From the NCBI RefSeq assembly GCF_006345805.1, contig NC_042997.1, positions 125,178,001 to 125,242,000 on the forward strand: DNA of 64,000 nt, in the 5' to 3' direction. Of this stretch, positions 12,826 to 26,051 are shown piece after piece. How positions within the stretch are numbered: the stretch's first letter is position 1; each line of letters starts with the position of its first letter. The notes beneath the pieces were generated by a model. The model was not told the DNA's origin. It made no database searches and saw only the letters and a program-made list of their open reading frames with translations. This DNA comes from Octopus sinensis. Taxonomy: Eukaryota. Position numbers and translations under genes: made by a program.

Positions 12826-13045
12826 GCGGCGAGCTGACAGAATCGTTACCGCACAGGCCAAAATGCTTAGCGGCATTTCATCTGTCTTTGCCTACTTGAG
12901 TTCAAATACCACCGAGGTCGTCTTTGTCCTTCATCCTTTCGGAGTCGATAAAACAAGTACCAGTTGTGCACTGGGGACAATGTAATTGACTTCCGTACCC
13001 CTCAAAACTGCTGGCTTTGTGCCCAAATAAGAAAGTATTATTGTT
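12826..13045 (+). mobile_element. SINE family B, diverged subfamily
   Basis: GCGGCGAGCTGACAGAATCGTTA...GAGTTCAAATAC...CATCCTTTCGGAGTCGATAAA. Confidence 0.75.
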
Positions 13046-13375
13046 CCAGTCTTGCTATGCTTTTCGTAGATGCCATTGATGCAGTTGTTTTTTTGTTCAT
13101 ATCAAAATTGCATCTAGTGTTGTTATTTATGATGCAGCTGCAAATACTGACGGAGTAGTAGATTTTGATGTAATCGGTCGCTGCATATGAAGTTGCGTCT
13201 TTGTTTCATATCTGTTGTCTACTTTAGGTGGAAGAAGTAATCGATCGCCCAGCATATAATACGTTCGGTGCTCTCAGCAGCTCCTTGTCAGTTTTGGTAA
13301 CAAATCTGGACTTTACTAGAAAATTACTATTTGTAAATCTTACAACGAGAGACATTCGGCAACAGTACTGTGGAG

Positions 13376-13599
13376 TAAAGATTGTTTGCCAATCATAACA
13401 TGGCAGTCCTGGTTTAGGACGAATCGCGATGCACAGATATTGTTTTGAGCTGATTCGGGGTGCTAGATTCCCTTTTTCGAAAATATAAGGACACAGATCG
13501 TGTCGTACAGCCAGCAGGAGACGATGTCTCCTGCAGCTAAATTACAGCAACATTCATCCTAAACCAGGACTGCCATGTTATGATGGCAAGCAATCTTTA
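13376..13599. mobile_element. MITE-like element with ~48-bp terminal inverted repeats
   Basis: TAAAGATTGTTTGCCAATCATAACATGGCAGTCCTGGTTTAGGACGAAT versus the reverse complement of 13552-13599; about 3 differences. Confidence 0.7.
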
Positions 13600-13701
13600 A
13601 TCCAAATCTGGACTTGTTTCAATCGTTTAAAAACCCTTCAGTTATGCATACTCGATCAGATCGATACCAAACAACAGAATAGTTTTTGTTTTGTATGTAT
13701 T

Positions 13702-14056
13702 GGTGCAGCAGTGGCTGTGTGGTAACTATCCGGTTACCAACCACATGGTTCCGAGTTCAGTCCCACCGCGTGGCATGTTGGGTAAATGTCTTCTACTATA
13801 GCCTCGGGCCAACCAAAGCCTGTGAGTGGATTTGGTAGACGGAAACTGAAAGAACCCCGTCGTATATATGTGAGTGTATGTGTATACGTTTGTGTGTCTG
13901 TGTTTATCCCCCAACCACCGATGTAGGTGTGTTTACGCCCCCGTAATATAGCGGTTCGGCAAACGGGACCAATAGAATAGGTACTAAGCTTACAAATAAT
14001 AAGTCCTGGGGTCGATTTACTCGACTAAAGTCGGTGATCCAGCATGGCTGCAGTCA
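13702..14056 (+). mobile_element. SINE family C, near full length
   Basis: tRNA-like head, internal (TA/TG) tract, 3' CCAGCATGGCTGCAGTCA. Confidence 0.85.
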
Positions 14057-14169
14057 TTTCTTTTTCCTTTTTTTACTACTCTGGTCACAAGACCCAAACG
14101 TTTGGGGGTAGGGTACTTAATTTATCGACCCCGAAAGGATGATAGGTAAATTCGAACTTGGCAGCGGCG

Positions 14170-14403
14170 GTGGTTGAGATGGCGGTTGAGGTGTTGGTGG
14201 TGTTGAGGAGGACGGCGGTGTTCGGGTGGATGATAGTGATATCCAAGCCGGTTGAGGTTGATAGTGTTGGCGACGGGGTCTAGTATTAAACTACGGGCGG
14301 TAGCCGTACTTGTGACGATATGGATGGCGATGACGATGATGATGGTGGTGATTATGATGATGATGGTGATGATGATGACGACGACGACGACGACGACGAC
14401 GAC

Positions 14404-14440
<37 letters not shown>

Positions 14441-14790
14441 GTAGTGGTGATGATGATGCTGAAGTGAGAATATGTCGTTATGATTATTCTGATGTTTGTA
14501 GTGGCCGTAGTGATAATTCGTAATGGTTGATGATTATGATGATGGTGCGGTGATGCCATGGTGGTGGTGGTCGTCGTCGTCGTCGTCGTGGTCGTCGTGG
14601 TCGTCGTGGTCGTGGTGAAGGTAGTGGTGGTGGTGGTAGTGATCGTCGTCGTCGTTATGGTGTTCGTCGTCGCCTTAGCGCTTGTACTGCACGACATCGT
14701 CCTGGTCGTCGTCGTAGTAGTAGTAGTAGTGATAGTGAAGCCCGTCGTCGTCGTCGTGCTGAAGCCGTCGCAGCAGCAGTGGTTGCGTGT
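14170..14790. repeat. Degenerate (GAT)n/(GAC)n/(GTG)n/(GTC)n trinucleotide tract
   Basis: Direct reading; explains the poly-D/V/T/M ORFs. Confidence 0.9.
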
Positions 14791-14945
14791 CGTTGTACTC
14801 CACTGTTGTAGCTATCAAATTCTATTACTTACACATCGCTGCTATCAGCTATATACTCTACACACATATATTTCCATATCGATAGTTCTCTATTACAGCA
14901 GACACCACACGAAACGCCCAACCCACGCCGAAACACATACATACA

Positions 14946-14983
<38 letters not shown>

Positions 14984-15338
14984 AATATAGGCAGTATACG
15001 CATACACACATACATACACGCAGATATATATATATATAGATATAGGCACATATCTATATTCGTCTCAACGCACAAACACGCGCAAATAAATGCTAACATA
15101 CACATTCACACACACACACATACGCACACTTATATATATATATATATTTATATAGTTATATATGTGTGTGTGTGTGTGTGAGTGTGTGTGTGCATGTGTG
15201 TGTGTATGTGTGTATGTATGTACATTGAAGTTCACATACATCCATACATATACACTTACAAATATGAAAATCATGTTCATGTAATGATGCGCGCACACAT
15301 TTACGTACGCATACACACGCACAAACACACACATAATG

Positions 15339-15370
<32 letters not shown>

Positions 15371-16029
15371 CTTGTATCTTCCTCCTCTATGTCTCCCACT
15401 CTCTCTCTCTCTCTCTTACTCTCTCTCCCACTTCCTCACCCTCTCTCCCTCGTCTTTCTTTATGTTTCTGTGTTTCCCTCTCACACACATGCGCGGCTCA
15501 CGTGCGCGCTCACCTAGACACACTCATAGACACACTCTCTCAGTTTCTCTTCTCTTTCTCTCTTTCTCTACTTCCTCACACGCACGCGCGCTAACACACA
15601 AACACAGACATACACACACACACACACACAAGCACACACATGCACACACACACACGCATAAACATACACAGACATGCACGAACACACCATACTCACACAA
15701 ACATACACTGAGCAGCACCATGAACAAAGCTGAAACTACCATCCTCAACATTGCCAGCACGCCTATACATGGTCGATTCAGATGCAAGAAATAGCAGCCA
15801 CTCTTTCCTTAAACACATTCTGCTGAAGCTTGTAGAAAATATAGACTTGATGGTCATGGCTGGAACGTAGTTAATCATAGTTCTGTTTAACCAGGAAGCT
15901 TCGTAATGAAAATTACTATACCACCACTATAACCGTACATAAAATAAGTCACACTACAGCTATATCTTCCCTGCCAACACCACCACTACTATCACCGATA
16001 CCATGACTAGCACTCCGTCGGTTACGACG

Positions 16030-16380
16030 ATGACTCTTTCAGTTGATCTGATCAACAGAACAGCCTGTTCGTGAAATTAACGTGCAAGTGGCTGAGCACT
16101 CCGCAGACACGCGTACCCTTAAAGTAGATCTCGGGGAGATTCAGCATGACACAGAGTATGACAAGGCTGGCCCTTTGAAACGCAGGGTCTGCTCATTTTT
16201 GCCAGGGTTAGGGTTAGGTTTAGGGTTAGGGTTAAGGTTAGTGCTAGGGTTAAGGTTAGGATTAGTGATCTAGAGCAACCTGAAATAAAGTGTCTTGCTC
16301 AAGAACACAACATGCTCCCGTGTATTGAACTCACGATTTTACGCTTGTGAGTCGAATACACTAACCACTAGGTCACACAC
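16030..16380 (-). mobile_element. SINE family A, long variant, interrupted by a TTAGGG-like tract
   Basis: CTCATTTTTGCCAG...GAGCAACCTGAAATAAAGTGTCTTGCTCAAGAACAC is the reverse complement of the 189-454 body. Confidence 0.75.
16204..16264 (+). repeat. Interstitial telomere-like (TTAGGG)n tract, ~10 imperfect units
   Basis: AGGGTTAGGGTTAGGTTTAGGGTTAGGGTTAAGGTTAG... Confidence 0.8.
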
Positions 16381-16413
16381 CATTATTACCAACATCAACA
16401 CTAGTACTATATC

Positions 16414-16635
16414 TATTTCTTTACTACCCACAAGGGGCTAAACATAGAGGGGACAAACAAAGATAGACAAACGAATTAAGTCGATTACATCGACCCCAGT
16501 GCGTAACTGGTACTTAATTTATCGACCTCGAAAGGATGAAAGGCAAAGTCGACCTCGGCGGAATTTGAACTCACAACGTAACGGCAGACCAAATACGCTA
16601 CGCATTTCGCCCTGCGTGCTGACGTTTCTGCACCA
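16414..16635 (-). mobile_element. SINE family B
   Basis: Reverse complement of 1051-1281. Confidence 0.85.
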
Positions 16636-18459
16636 CTACCAAAACCTCCACTACAATCACCAACACTATCATCACAGTACATCTGCCAATACATCAGTAT
16701 CATCACCACTAACTCTGCCGACACCACCACTACCGCCACCGCCACTGCAACATCATCACCAAATTCCTCTAGCTCTAAAGCTTCTAAGATTAGAGTGGAA
16801 TCGGCAGGATTTAGCCGAGTTGTGATTGGGATATTCATTAGTAGGGTCTTAAAGAAATCAGACGAGTTGTATGAGAAGGGTATCTTGGCGAAAATATCAT
16901 TCAGGCATTTTTTTTTTCATTTCAGTGCATAGCTGGAAGGTATTTTGTTAGTGCAAATGGGTGTTTTTATATTGGAAGGAAGGAAATCTGTTGAATGAGA
17001 TCGAATGCCAAGATATAATATAGCAACAACACCATATTTCGCACCAGCAACTAGAAGTTATGCAGATGTGTATATTCCGTAGGGGTGTTGTAGTCGGAGT
17101 TTGTGGTGGACTTTAAGGCCTTCCTCGATATTCTCCGTGGTTCGCAGCAGAGGATGTGAAGTTGCGATTGAAACAGCTAGGGTATAGTTTTCAGTAAGTT
17201 TATCGGTTCTGGCCACCCTAACAGCAATGTGGTGGGGGAAGAACAAGAGTCCGTTAAAGACATTTGTGGAGTTACGGCATCAAAGATTGGATTGGAAATA
17301 TGAGTCTGGTTGATTGAATACTTGCTGCGCAACACAGGGAATTGAAGAACCTTGACAAGCCAACCGTTGGACAAAGGAAAGACACTAATGATGATGATGC
17401 TAGACTCGTTCATCAAGCTCTTGGCAGGAATCTACTGCAACTGGTAGGAGAAAGGAAAAACATTTCTAGTTCTACCAACCCCAAAGTGACTGGACATCTA
17501 AAAAGTGAACATATAGGAAATCAAAGATAATTTCTGATTCATAACGTTTCTAAATTAAGAGTTTAAGCCCTTGTTGAAAAGTTTGGCATTTTTCTTCAGT
17601 AGTATGATCAGAAAAAGAACAGACTTATCTGATCCATGGTAGATCTTATTCATAACATCTTATATCTCATTAGACGTGGAGATGTTTGGTCACAACTCTA
17701 ACTTTGGTGGAACTTTGATGAATTAGAGTCATCAGGCAGCTTTATATCGATCATTGCTCCTTGTTAGCAAGCAAAAATACAGTTGGTTTTGGTCTCGTTT
17801 TCAGAGAATGGATTGACTTAAGCACTGACATTTGCTTAATGGTCACAATAGATGACCACCTACTGGAACAATTTCAAATCACGAGCTCAGATCATCAAGT
17901 GTATCTCATCTCTTGATGTTATTATTTTTTCTCTTTCAAGTGAGAAGAATGCGAAGTAAAAAAGCATAACTCTGCATAGGCTTTACGTGATGAAATAATG
18001 AGTCGTTTGTCAGATGTTACATGAGTCAACATGTTAGTCAGATGCTATATGAGTTGAGGCGCTTGTCAGATACTACAAGAGCCTGAAACCACTTTCTTAA
18101 GAATTCACTGACGTAATTGCAATAGCAGAGACGAACAATAAAATTCCATTTTTGATAACGACCTTCTCGCACCTTCCTTTAATCTTAAGGCAGTAAGATC
18201 TGACTCCTCATAATAGAGTGCTTAGTCTTCAATAAAATCGTTCAAAAAATCTTACGTAACCTTGGCTCCAAATCTTTTTCTAGAAAACATGTAGGATTTT
18301 TAGAAATCCCACTGTTTTACCAATGGCACGTTTACCACCCGCCATTTAACTTTTAATCAGAGATGACGTTAAATCCCGAAAATCTATTTTTGTCGTATTA
18401 ACAATAATTCATCTCAAGCATTTAGACCTATGATGAATACAGAATATATTAAGGAGACC

Positions 18460-18665
18460 GACCGGCAGAATCGTTAGCATGTCAGGCAAAATGCTTAGTG
18501 GCATTCCGTTCGTCTTTGTTGTTCTGAGTTCAAATTCTGCCCATGTCGACTCTGCCTTTCATCCTTCTGGGGTCTATAAAATAAGTACCATTCAAGTCCT
18601 GGAGTAGATGTCATCGACTTAGTCCACTCCCGCAATTTCTGACCTTGTTACAAGATTTGAAACCA
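18460..18665 (+). mobile_element. SINE family B, diverged subfamily
   Basis: CCGGCAGAATCGTTAGCATG...GTTCTGAGTTCAAATTC... Confidence 0.75.
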
Positions 18666-19949
18666 ATAATTTTATAATATAATTCCACAACGTCATGAAA
18701 TAAAGAATACTACAGACGTATTCAAGTTTTGAATTATAATAATAGTGGTTACTTTACACGGTGTTATAGCAAATAAAAGAACATCCCAGGAAACACTGAT
18801 AGTTGTTGGCATCTGAAAATTAATATATTATGCATTTTATTAGGCAGATATTTTAGTTGGACATACGCAGCTAATTTCAATAATAGATACCTCAATGTAC
18901 AATCGTATATACTCTCGAGGTAGGATACTACAATGCAAACATCAATAGAATTGAAAGGCAACAGAGGGGACAAGCTGGACAAAAGAGATGAATTTAACCT
19001 TGCAACTAGAAGACCATTATAAATGCTCCAACATTGCACAGATGACCAATACCTCGAACAACACCTGTACAGAATAACGCAAAGCCGATCAGCGAAAGGA
19101 ATTTTCAACACTGTCGATAACAATAAACATTTTAACAGAGTATATCGACAAAAGAAGTTAAAAATCGAGGTTGTAAAGAGCGAGTGATACATTGTATTCA
19201 GCACTGCTCTATTAGATAGGAAAGTGTTGTTGATGACGTCAGTAATAGTAACAATGACAATTTAAATGTTAACGGCAGGTATAAGAATAACAATGTTAAT
19301 GATATCATTACACGTATACGATGTAGTCATGTATAGACATGCAGAAATTATAGACGACAGGTAGCACAGATCGTCAGGGGCGAGTAATCCAACTTGAATT
19401 ACTACTCGTCCATATTGCAGAGGAACTGAATTGGAAGTCGGCAATGAATACAAACAATCTCGGTGTATATAAAATTGATTAGAACATGCTCAGCCTCACA
19501 CGCTTAGTTATATTTTCAGTCTTACATCAACCTTAACAAAGAAGGAAAAACAAGAAAACCGTTTCTATCTCAGATGAAAAAATTTGTTCCTGAAGTTCGA
19601 AAATTCACTTCTTTTTGTGATATACGATCATATCCACAATTACAAGCTTCACTAAATGTTTTTCTTTCTTTTCTTTTCTTTTCTTTTTTTGATATGTACG
19701 GTTTGGCGATGTTGAGAACCACTAGTTTCCTTGAAATGTTTATTTCTATTTTCCTATGTATAGCAGACAGTCTTTCAAAAAAAAATCATTTGCTCTTAAA
19801 TACCAACAGAGATTAATGAATGCTTTAAGTAATATACAGAAACTAATTTCGCAGTGTACCATGCCAGTGCTTGGCAATATAAGCGAGTTAAATATTTTCC
19901 TTAATGTTTGTATGTTCGTAGTAATCGAAAATGTAGATTTAAATAAAGA

Positions 19950-20800
19950 ATGTATTATTACAGCCGATAAGAGTGTCCAAAATACAATAGAATATTGGCA
20001 CGCTAAATTAAATACTGTAATGATCAAGATAATACTTCAAGAAAAATTAAGAACGTATATATAGCATAAACAATGAGTAAATATGATTGTAAATATTAGA
20101 ATTCTTAAAGGTAATGAATACCTGTCTTAAATAATAGAAATGTGATTCTTTCAAAATTACTTCTTTGAAACTAACCTCCACAAATTCTAAAGGACGATGA
20201 TTAGGTAGAGGGGGACAAGATAATTATGAATGAGAAATTAGAGAAGTTTTGGAAACTGATATTGGAAAAGAATGTAAGTACAATAAAAATACTGATTAGA
20301 AGACAATAGACATTACCAACAATAGAAATTGTAAAGGTATCTCCTATAAACGCTGTAGATATGAGACTTGCCGTAAGCAACTTCGGTAAGTTGTACTGAT
20401 AATGTTCAAAAGTACTGAAGGGTATAATTTAACATAGAATAAGACCAGGTAAACCTCTGTGTTATACTCTCTAGAATTTATGCATAGGAACCAACAGATT
20501 TTAGATAATAATCCAAGCATCATGTTTCCATGGTAACGATTTTTTAAAAATATAGTATTAATAACCAACACTGTAATACCGGAGAAAAATATCTGTGCAG
20601 AATAACATGGAATGAATATATTTGTGTCGCAATAAGGAATGAGTAGAGTTGCGTACGAAAGAATTGGAAGACGAGGGAATTAGACCGACTTAGTTTTTGT
20701 ACTAAAAACATTATGGCAACGATCCTGATTAGAAAAACTTAAATGATGCACAACCTCTTCAGTAAACACCTAATTTGAAAAAGAAATGTAATATAGAGTT
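19950..20800 (+). pseudogene. Possible very decayed R4-like LINE segment
   Basis: Only short similarities to the 46812 element: LQEKLRTYI vs LKQKVHAKA; EKFWKLILEK..YNKNTD vs QNFWKSIWSDKKTYNINAD. Confidence 0.3.
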
Positions 20801-21303
20801 TTAGTTTATATTAGGATACATATTGCACCTCCTTTAATAGTCTTTTAAAACATATTCTGTGACACATGTTCACTTGCGTTGAATATTGCTTTTGACCAAA
20901 CGTATCTAGCAGTTGATATTTTGTGTCGTATTTCTAGGAGAAATTTGTCCTGGTACCGTTTGAATTCTATGGGGTCTTTCTTTGATTTGTTTTTTTAAAA
21001 ATGGTGAATAGACAAGGAGCAGGTGAGTTAAAGAATGTTTAGATGTAATGTTATGTGATATCAGCTCATCTTTTTAGAGGGGGCTTACGACAAGCATGCC
21101 AAACGTTAGGTTATCGTTTGAACAAGGAGGATGTAATATTTTCCACATTGCACAAAAAAATGCAGCGCTCCCAGCAATGCTAAAGAGAAATTAGTTTGGA
21201 TTTTTTGAGGTCATCACAATAATTGATGCCCATCGGGCCGTTTTGTTTCTATAACTGATCTCTGTTGTGTGTATGTATGTATGTATGTTAGTTAGTTAGT
21301 TAA

Positions 21304-22410
21304 TTTCTTGGCTCAAAAAGCAAAACGCAAGGCCATGTAGGGGGACATGGAGTTATGTACAGGGTGGTGTTCATGTAAAGAGTTCAGGCCACTTGTGGTC
21401 AAGTGAGACTTTGAACCGAGCGGTCGTCGGCATCTTCAAAATCTCGTCCGGCAGCTTATTCCACGGATCCGCAACCCGGACGGAGAAAGCCCCTCTCCTT
21501 CGATTGAGATGAAATCGTCACAGATAGAGCTTTTCGGAGTGACCCCGCAGCCGACGCTCTGGAGCAGGAGTGAAGAACAGCTCTTTCGAGAGGTTACACT
21601 TTCCGCTTATGATGTTGTGAGCAAGAATGAGATCACCACGGCGTCGTCGTTTTTCTAGAGAATAAAGGTCGAGCGTCTTCAGCCTTTCTTCATAAGACAA
21701 ATGCTTGAGACCAAGAACCATGTGGGTAGCCAGCTTCTGGACTCTTTCGAGATGCTGTATGTCTTTGAGGAGATAAGAAGAAGAGGCTTGAATCCCGTAC
21801 TCCAAAATGGGTCTCACCAGCGTGACATGGAACGGCAGGAATATGGCTGCTGTGAGCATTCCGAATGACCGTCGAATCAAAAACAGAACTCTGCGTACTT
21901 TGTTGGCAGCATGGACGCACTGGGCCGAAGGCGAAAAGGAAGAACCCACCAAGATACCCAGGTCCTTTACCTGGTCGGTCCTCTCCAGCAGCAGACGACC
22001 CGGCTCGAAATCAAGTTGAGTTGCAGGAGAAGAGCCAACAGGCAGATGACAGCACTTTTACACGTTCAGAGACAGGTCCCATTCGTTAGACCATCTCCAA
22101 ATTTGGTGGAGGCATCGACGAAGATCCTCTATATCACCGCGAGGAGCGACCAGTTTGACATCATCGCAAATTGAAGGGTGTGTTGCGTGAGGTCGTCGGG
22201 CAAGTCATTTATGAAGACTAAGAACAATAAGGGCCCAAGCACTGAAACTTGAGGCACGCCACTGCTCGCACTGGAAACGTCGGACAGCGAACCATTAACT
22301 TGGACTTGGAAGGAGCGATCTGAGAGGAAGGCACCAACCCATCGTACAATATCCGGATGGAAACTATATGCTTGAAGCTTGACAAGTAATAGGTGGTGGT
22401 TTACCGAGTC
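21304..22410 (-). mobile_element. 5'-truncated CR1/Jockey-group LINE (RT C-terminal half and 3' UTR)
   Basis: ORFs 22129-22443 (SGVPQVSVLGPLLFLVFINDLP) and 21518-21952 (LVRPILEY, LERVQK, LSYEERL..LDLYSLEKRRRRGDLI); tail (TAAC)n(ATAC)n at 21272-21303. Confidence 0.9.
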
Positions 22411-22530
22411 AATAAGTCGATTAAATAAGTACCAGTTACGCATTGAGGTCGATATAATCGACTTAATCCGTTTGTCTGTCCTTGTTTGTCCTCTCTTTGT
22501 TTAGCCCCTTGTGGGTAGTAAAGAAATAGG
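22410..22530 (+). mobile_element. SINE family B, 3' fragment abutting the LINE 5' truncation
   Basis: AAGTACCAGTTACGCA...GTAGTAAAGAAATAGG. Confidence 0.8.
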
Positions 22531-23182
22531 TGTGTTGGAGTGGTGTGGAGGTGTGTGGTGTTTTGGGGTGTGGGGGAGGCGAGGGTGGGGAAGTAAGGAT
22601 GGGGTCTAAGGGATGGGGTTGGGGAGGGATGTATAGGGATGGTGGGGTTGGAATGTGTAAGTGTGGGGTACGAGGGAGGGGGACGATGAAGAGAGAGGGT
22701 GGAATGGAGAAGGTGGTTAGGTGGGAAGAGAGGAAGTAGAGGTCAGAGCAAGAGAGGAGAGGTGGGTGGGATGAAGTATGTGTGAGAGGAAGAGAGGAAA
22801 AGGTCTAGATGAAGAGGGAAGGCGAGTTGAGCCCATCTGGTGCTCATGGCGTAGACGGGAGTCCGGAGGCCCCTGTGCAAGGACAATCCGAAAACAGACA
22901 GATGTTGTAAAGAATGACGATTTGAACGGAAATGGCGCGAGACCGGGGTATCTGATGTCTATATATACTATTCTATACTACATAAGTATGTATACATAGT
23001 TGTATATATATATATATAGATATATAATCATATATACATATATATGTGTGTATATATAAGTGTATATGTATGTGTGTGCATATGACTGTGCTAGTGTGTG
23101 TGTGTTTCTATACATATATATACTCCAATTCTTCATTTTATTTTCGTATGTATACATGTATAGATACGAATATATATATATA

Positions 23183-23216
<34 letters not shown>

Positions 23217-23859
23217 TGTGTATGTGTGTAAGTAAGTATGTGCGCGCATGTGTGTGTATGTGTGAGTGTGTGTGCGTGTAGTATTTCTATTTTAGAATTT
23301 ACGATCACCTTCAGCATAGGTGTTCGAGTTGTGCCACTATTTGCATGGAATCCTAATTAAAGGGACACTTGGAATGAAGAACACTGGAAAAAATTACTGA
23401 ATTCCACAAAACGAGATAACGCATATTTTTCTCCTGTCTTGATTCATTTGACTTACATCTCTGTCATTGAATTGTTGTTGGCGAGATTAGTATTTCTAAA
23501 GTTATTATTTCATAGACATTGAGGAGGAGGAGCAGGAGGAGCAGGAAGAGAAGTTCATAGACATCGAGGAGGAGGAGGTAAATTTGAGTTAAAAAAAGAC
23601 GATGGGTCTATTTATTTTCTTATTGATTTATTTGTTTTCTGTTTATTTTCGTTTGTTATTTGATTTTGATTTGCTATGGGGAGCTTGGCTTTCTTTGGGT
23701 CTTTTTTATTTTTGATATATTTTTTTATATAAAATTACTTTCCCGTTAATGTTTTTTTTTCTCCATCGTTTTTTGGAATTGTTGAAGATGAAAAAAATGA
23801 ATGTCATAGTTCATGAGTGATCTTTAGATACAATATGAGGTGAGGGGATGGCAACGGAT

Positions 23860-24371
23860 GTGTGTATGTGCGTGTATGTATATATATAGATATACATATA
23901 TACATATATATATATATTTAAATGGGTGAATGAATTATCCTATGTTTATCGTCAGCATTCCATTCTTTCATTTATTCATATATATATATATATATACAAA
24001 TACACACACACACACATATATATATATATGTAGGTATTTATGTTTGTATATATATATGTATATATCTGTGTGTAGATATATATGTATATATATATATAAA
24101 TATATATGTGTGTATATATATATATATATATGCATTATGTATGTATATGTGTATGCATGTATTCATGTGTGTATCTATGTATATATATAAATATATATAT
24201 GTACATATTTGTATGTATTATGTATACGTATATGTACGTATGTATATATACACACATGTATGTATGTATGTCTGTATGTATATATGTATGTATGCATGTA
24301 TGTATATATCTATGTATGCATTATATATGTGTGTATGTATGCATGTATGCGTATATATGTATGTATGTATG

Positions 24372-24414
<43 letters not shown>

Positions 24415-24420
24415 CTACGA
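23860..24420. repeat. (TA)n/(TATG)n low-complexity tract
   Basis: Direct reading. Confidence 0.9.
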
Positions 24421-25105
24421 ATGCAGATGTTTATCAGAGTGTGAGTATAGGAGGTCGGTTACAATGATCGCTTGTGCTGTGCTTTGGTGTGTGAAAGTGA
24501 GTGTTTGTGTGAGATCATTTCAGTGTATGCATATTTTTGAGCTTCAGCGTCTGTCTGCGGCGTTTAAAACAGTGTGTTTGTGCCGCGCTGTTTCAGTACA
24601 TATATAAACATTCTTTGCAACGATTACCTAAGCGTCTTCATTAAGAATGTTTAAAGATCAAGTAGTATCCCCATGCCGTCAAAATTAAATTCCTATATTT
24701 GATGTACATTTGTTTAGTAAGAATTACAATTTTATTGGAAATGATTTGAAGAACTCAGTCCAAAGAGCTTGAAAGATATTGTCCCTGAAAGAAGTTGTAC
24801 TCTTCGTTATTTGTAGCATTTAACTAAGTGCAAACAAAATATATGACTAATATATTTTATTAACTGATTTAGCTGGACAGAAAAGAAATACACACATAAA
24901 CACAAATGTATATAAGTCTGTGTGTGTGTGCGTGTGTTTGTGATGGGGTGTATGCATGGTTCTGGAGGGTTTTAGCTCCTCTTTCAAGCAATCAGGTGCA
25001 TATTGTACACCAACTTATTATTATTATTACCATCATCATTATCATCATCATTATAATAATAATAATAATAGTAATAATAATAATAATAATTATTATTTTT
25101 ATTAT

Positions 25106-25480
25106 TCAGTAGTTTTATTTTTATAGCGTGCTTTCACTTCACTACCGAGCGCAGCTCTGTGTGCCTTGGGTATGTGCTGTGATTTGTTGTGATGCTCTGA
25201 TGGTTATTGTATGGAAAGTGTTCTGCGTAGGATGTGTGCAGTGCCTAGTAGTGCAATTTTCTGTATGTTATATGTGTTTGTAAGTCCTGGTGTTTTTGTT
25301 ATGTATTTGTCTGAATATTTTTTTATCATGCCTAATGCACCTACTATGATAGAAATTGTTTCTGTTTTCAGATTCCACATTCTAGTTACCTCTATTTCCA
25401 GGTCTTTGTATTTTGAGAGTTTCTCCATTTCTTTTAGAGACACGTTGTCATCTGCCGGTATTGATACATCAATTAGAAAG

Positions 25481-25482
<2 letters not shown>
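25106..25482 (-). mobile_element. 5'-truncated R4/Dong-like LINE (REL C-terminus and 3' UTR) within (TAA)n
   Basis: CFLIDVSIPADDNVSLKEMEKLSKYKDLEIEVTRMW...IVGALG...GTAHILRRTLS; ATT-type repeats on both sides. Confidence 0.9.
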
Positions 25483-25561
<79 letters not shown>

Positions 25562-25599
25562 CATTATTATTATATCGCTAGACACTAGACCTTTTTTCT

Positions 25600-25730
25600 A
25601 TTTTCTCTGTTTATTTCTGTGTTCCTTTCTGGTGATGAGCCTAGGCCCTAAAGATGAAAGACTTTCTCACTTCCCCAGCGTTAAACTAATAAATGCATAT
25701 GTTTGTTGTTTACTCACCTGTCTTCGTCAT
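25600..25730 (+). mobile_element. Short interspersed repeat, possibly Penelope-like; homologue at 45195-45330 (-)
   Basis: Shared GTTCCTTTCTG..TGA.GAGC..AGGC...AAAGACTTTCTCAC...AAACTAATA...TTGTTGTTTA. Confidence 0.55.
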
Positions 25731-25746
25731 TTTTGTTTTTGTTTGT

Positions 25747-25792
<46 letters not shown>

Positions 25793-25893
25793 AATGTGAG
25801 GATAAATTCTTTTCGAAAAAAATATTTTCTCGAAAAAAATTTTATCAATAGCCAGCATATTAAAAAATACCTTTAACGGTTAAATTTATAAAC

Positions 25894-26047
25894 AATTCAT
25901 AAATGAGGGCAAAGGAAAAAAATTCTAATGCCCAAATATGCCGAAAAACTGGACATATTTTGTCCATTAACCATATAATTTTTTCACAATATGCACGCTA
26001 CTCGGCATATTTGGCATTAGAATTTTTTTCCTTTGCCCTCATTTATG

Positions 26048-26051
<4 letters not shown>
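25894..26051. repeat. ~50-bp inverted repeat with ~57-bp spacer (MITE-like)
   Basis: AATTCATAAATGAGGGCAAAGGAAAAAAATTCTAATGCCCAAATATGCCGA versus the reverse complement of 26002-26051; 1-nt indel. Confidence 0.8.

Noticed and set aside
12480-12837. Hydrophobic 100-aa ORF resembling a membrane protein
   Set aside because: Decayed (GCT/GTT/ATT) low-complexity tract running into a SINE head
14122-15181. Poly-Asp/Thr/Val ORFs resembling acidic or mucin-like proteins
   Set aside because: All frames are open because the trinucleotide tract lacks stops; no splice or unique coding context
17040-17530. Moderately GC-rich stretch with short ORFs on both strands
   Set aside because: No recognisable motif in any frame; probably old TE debris, but unsupported
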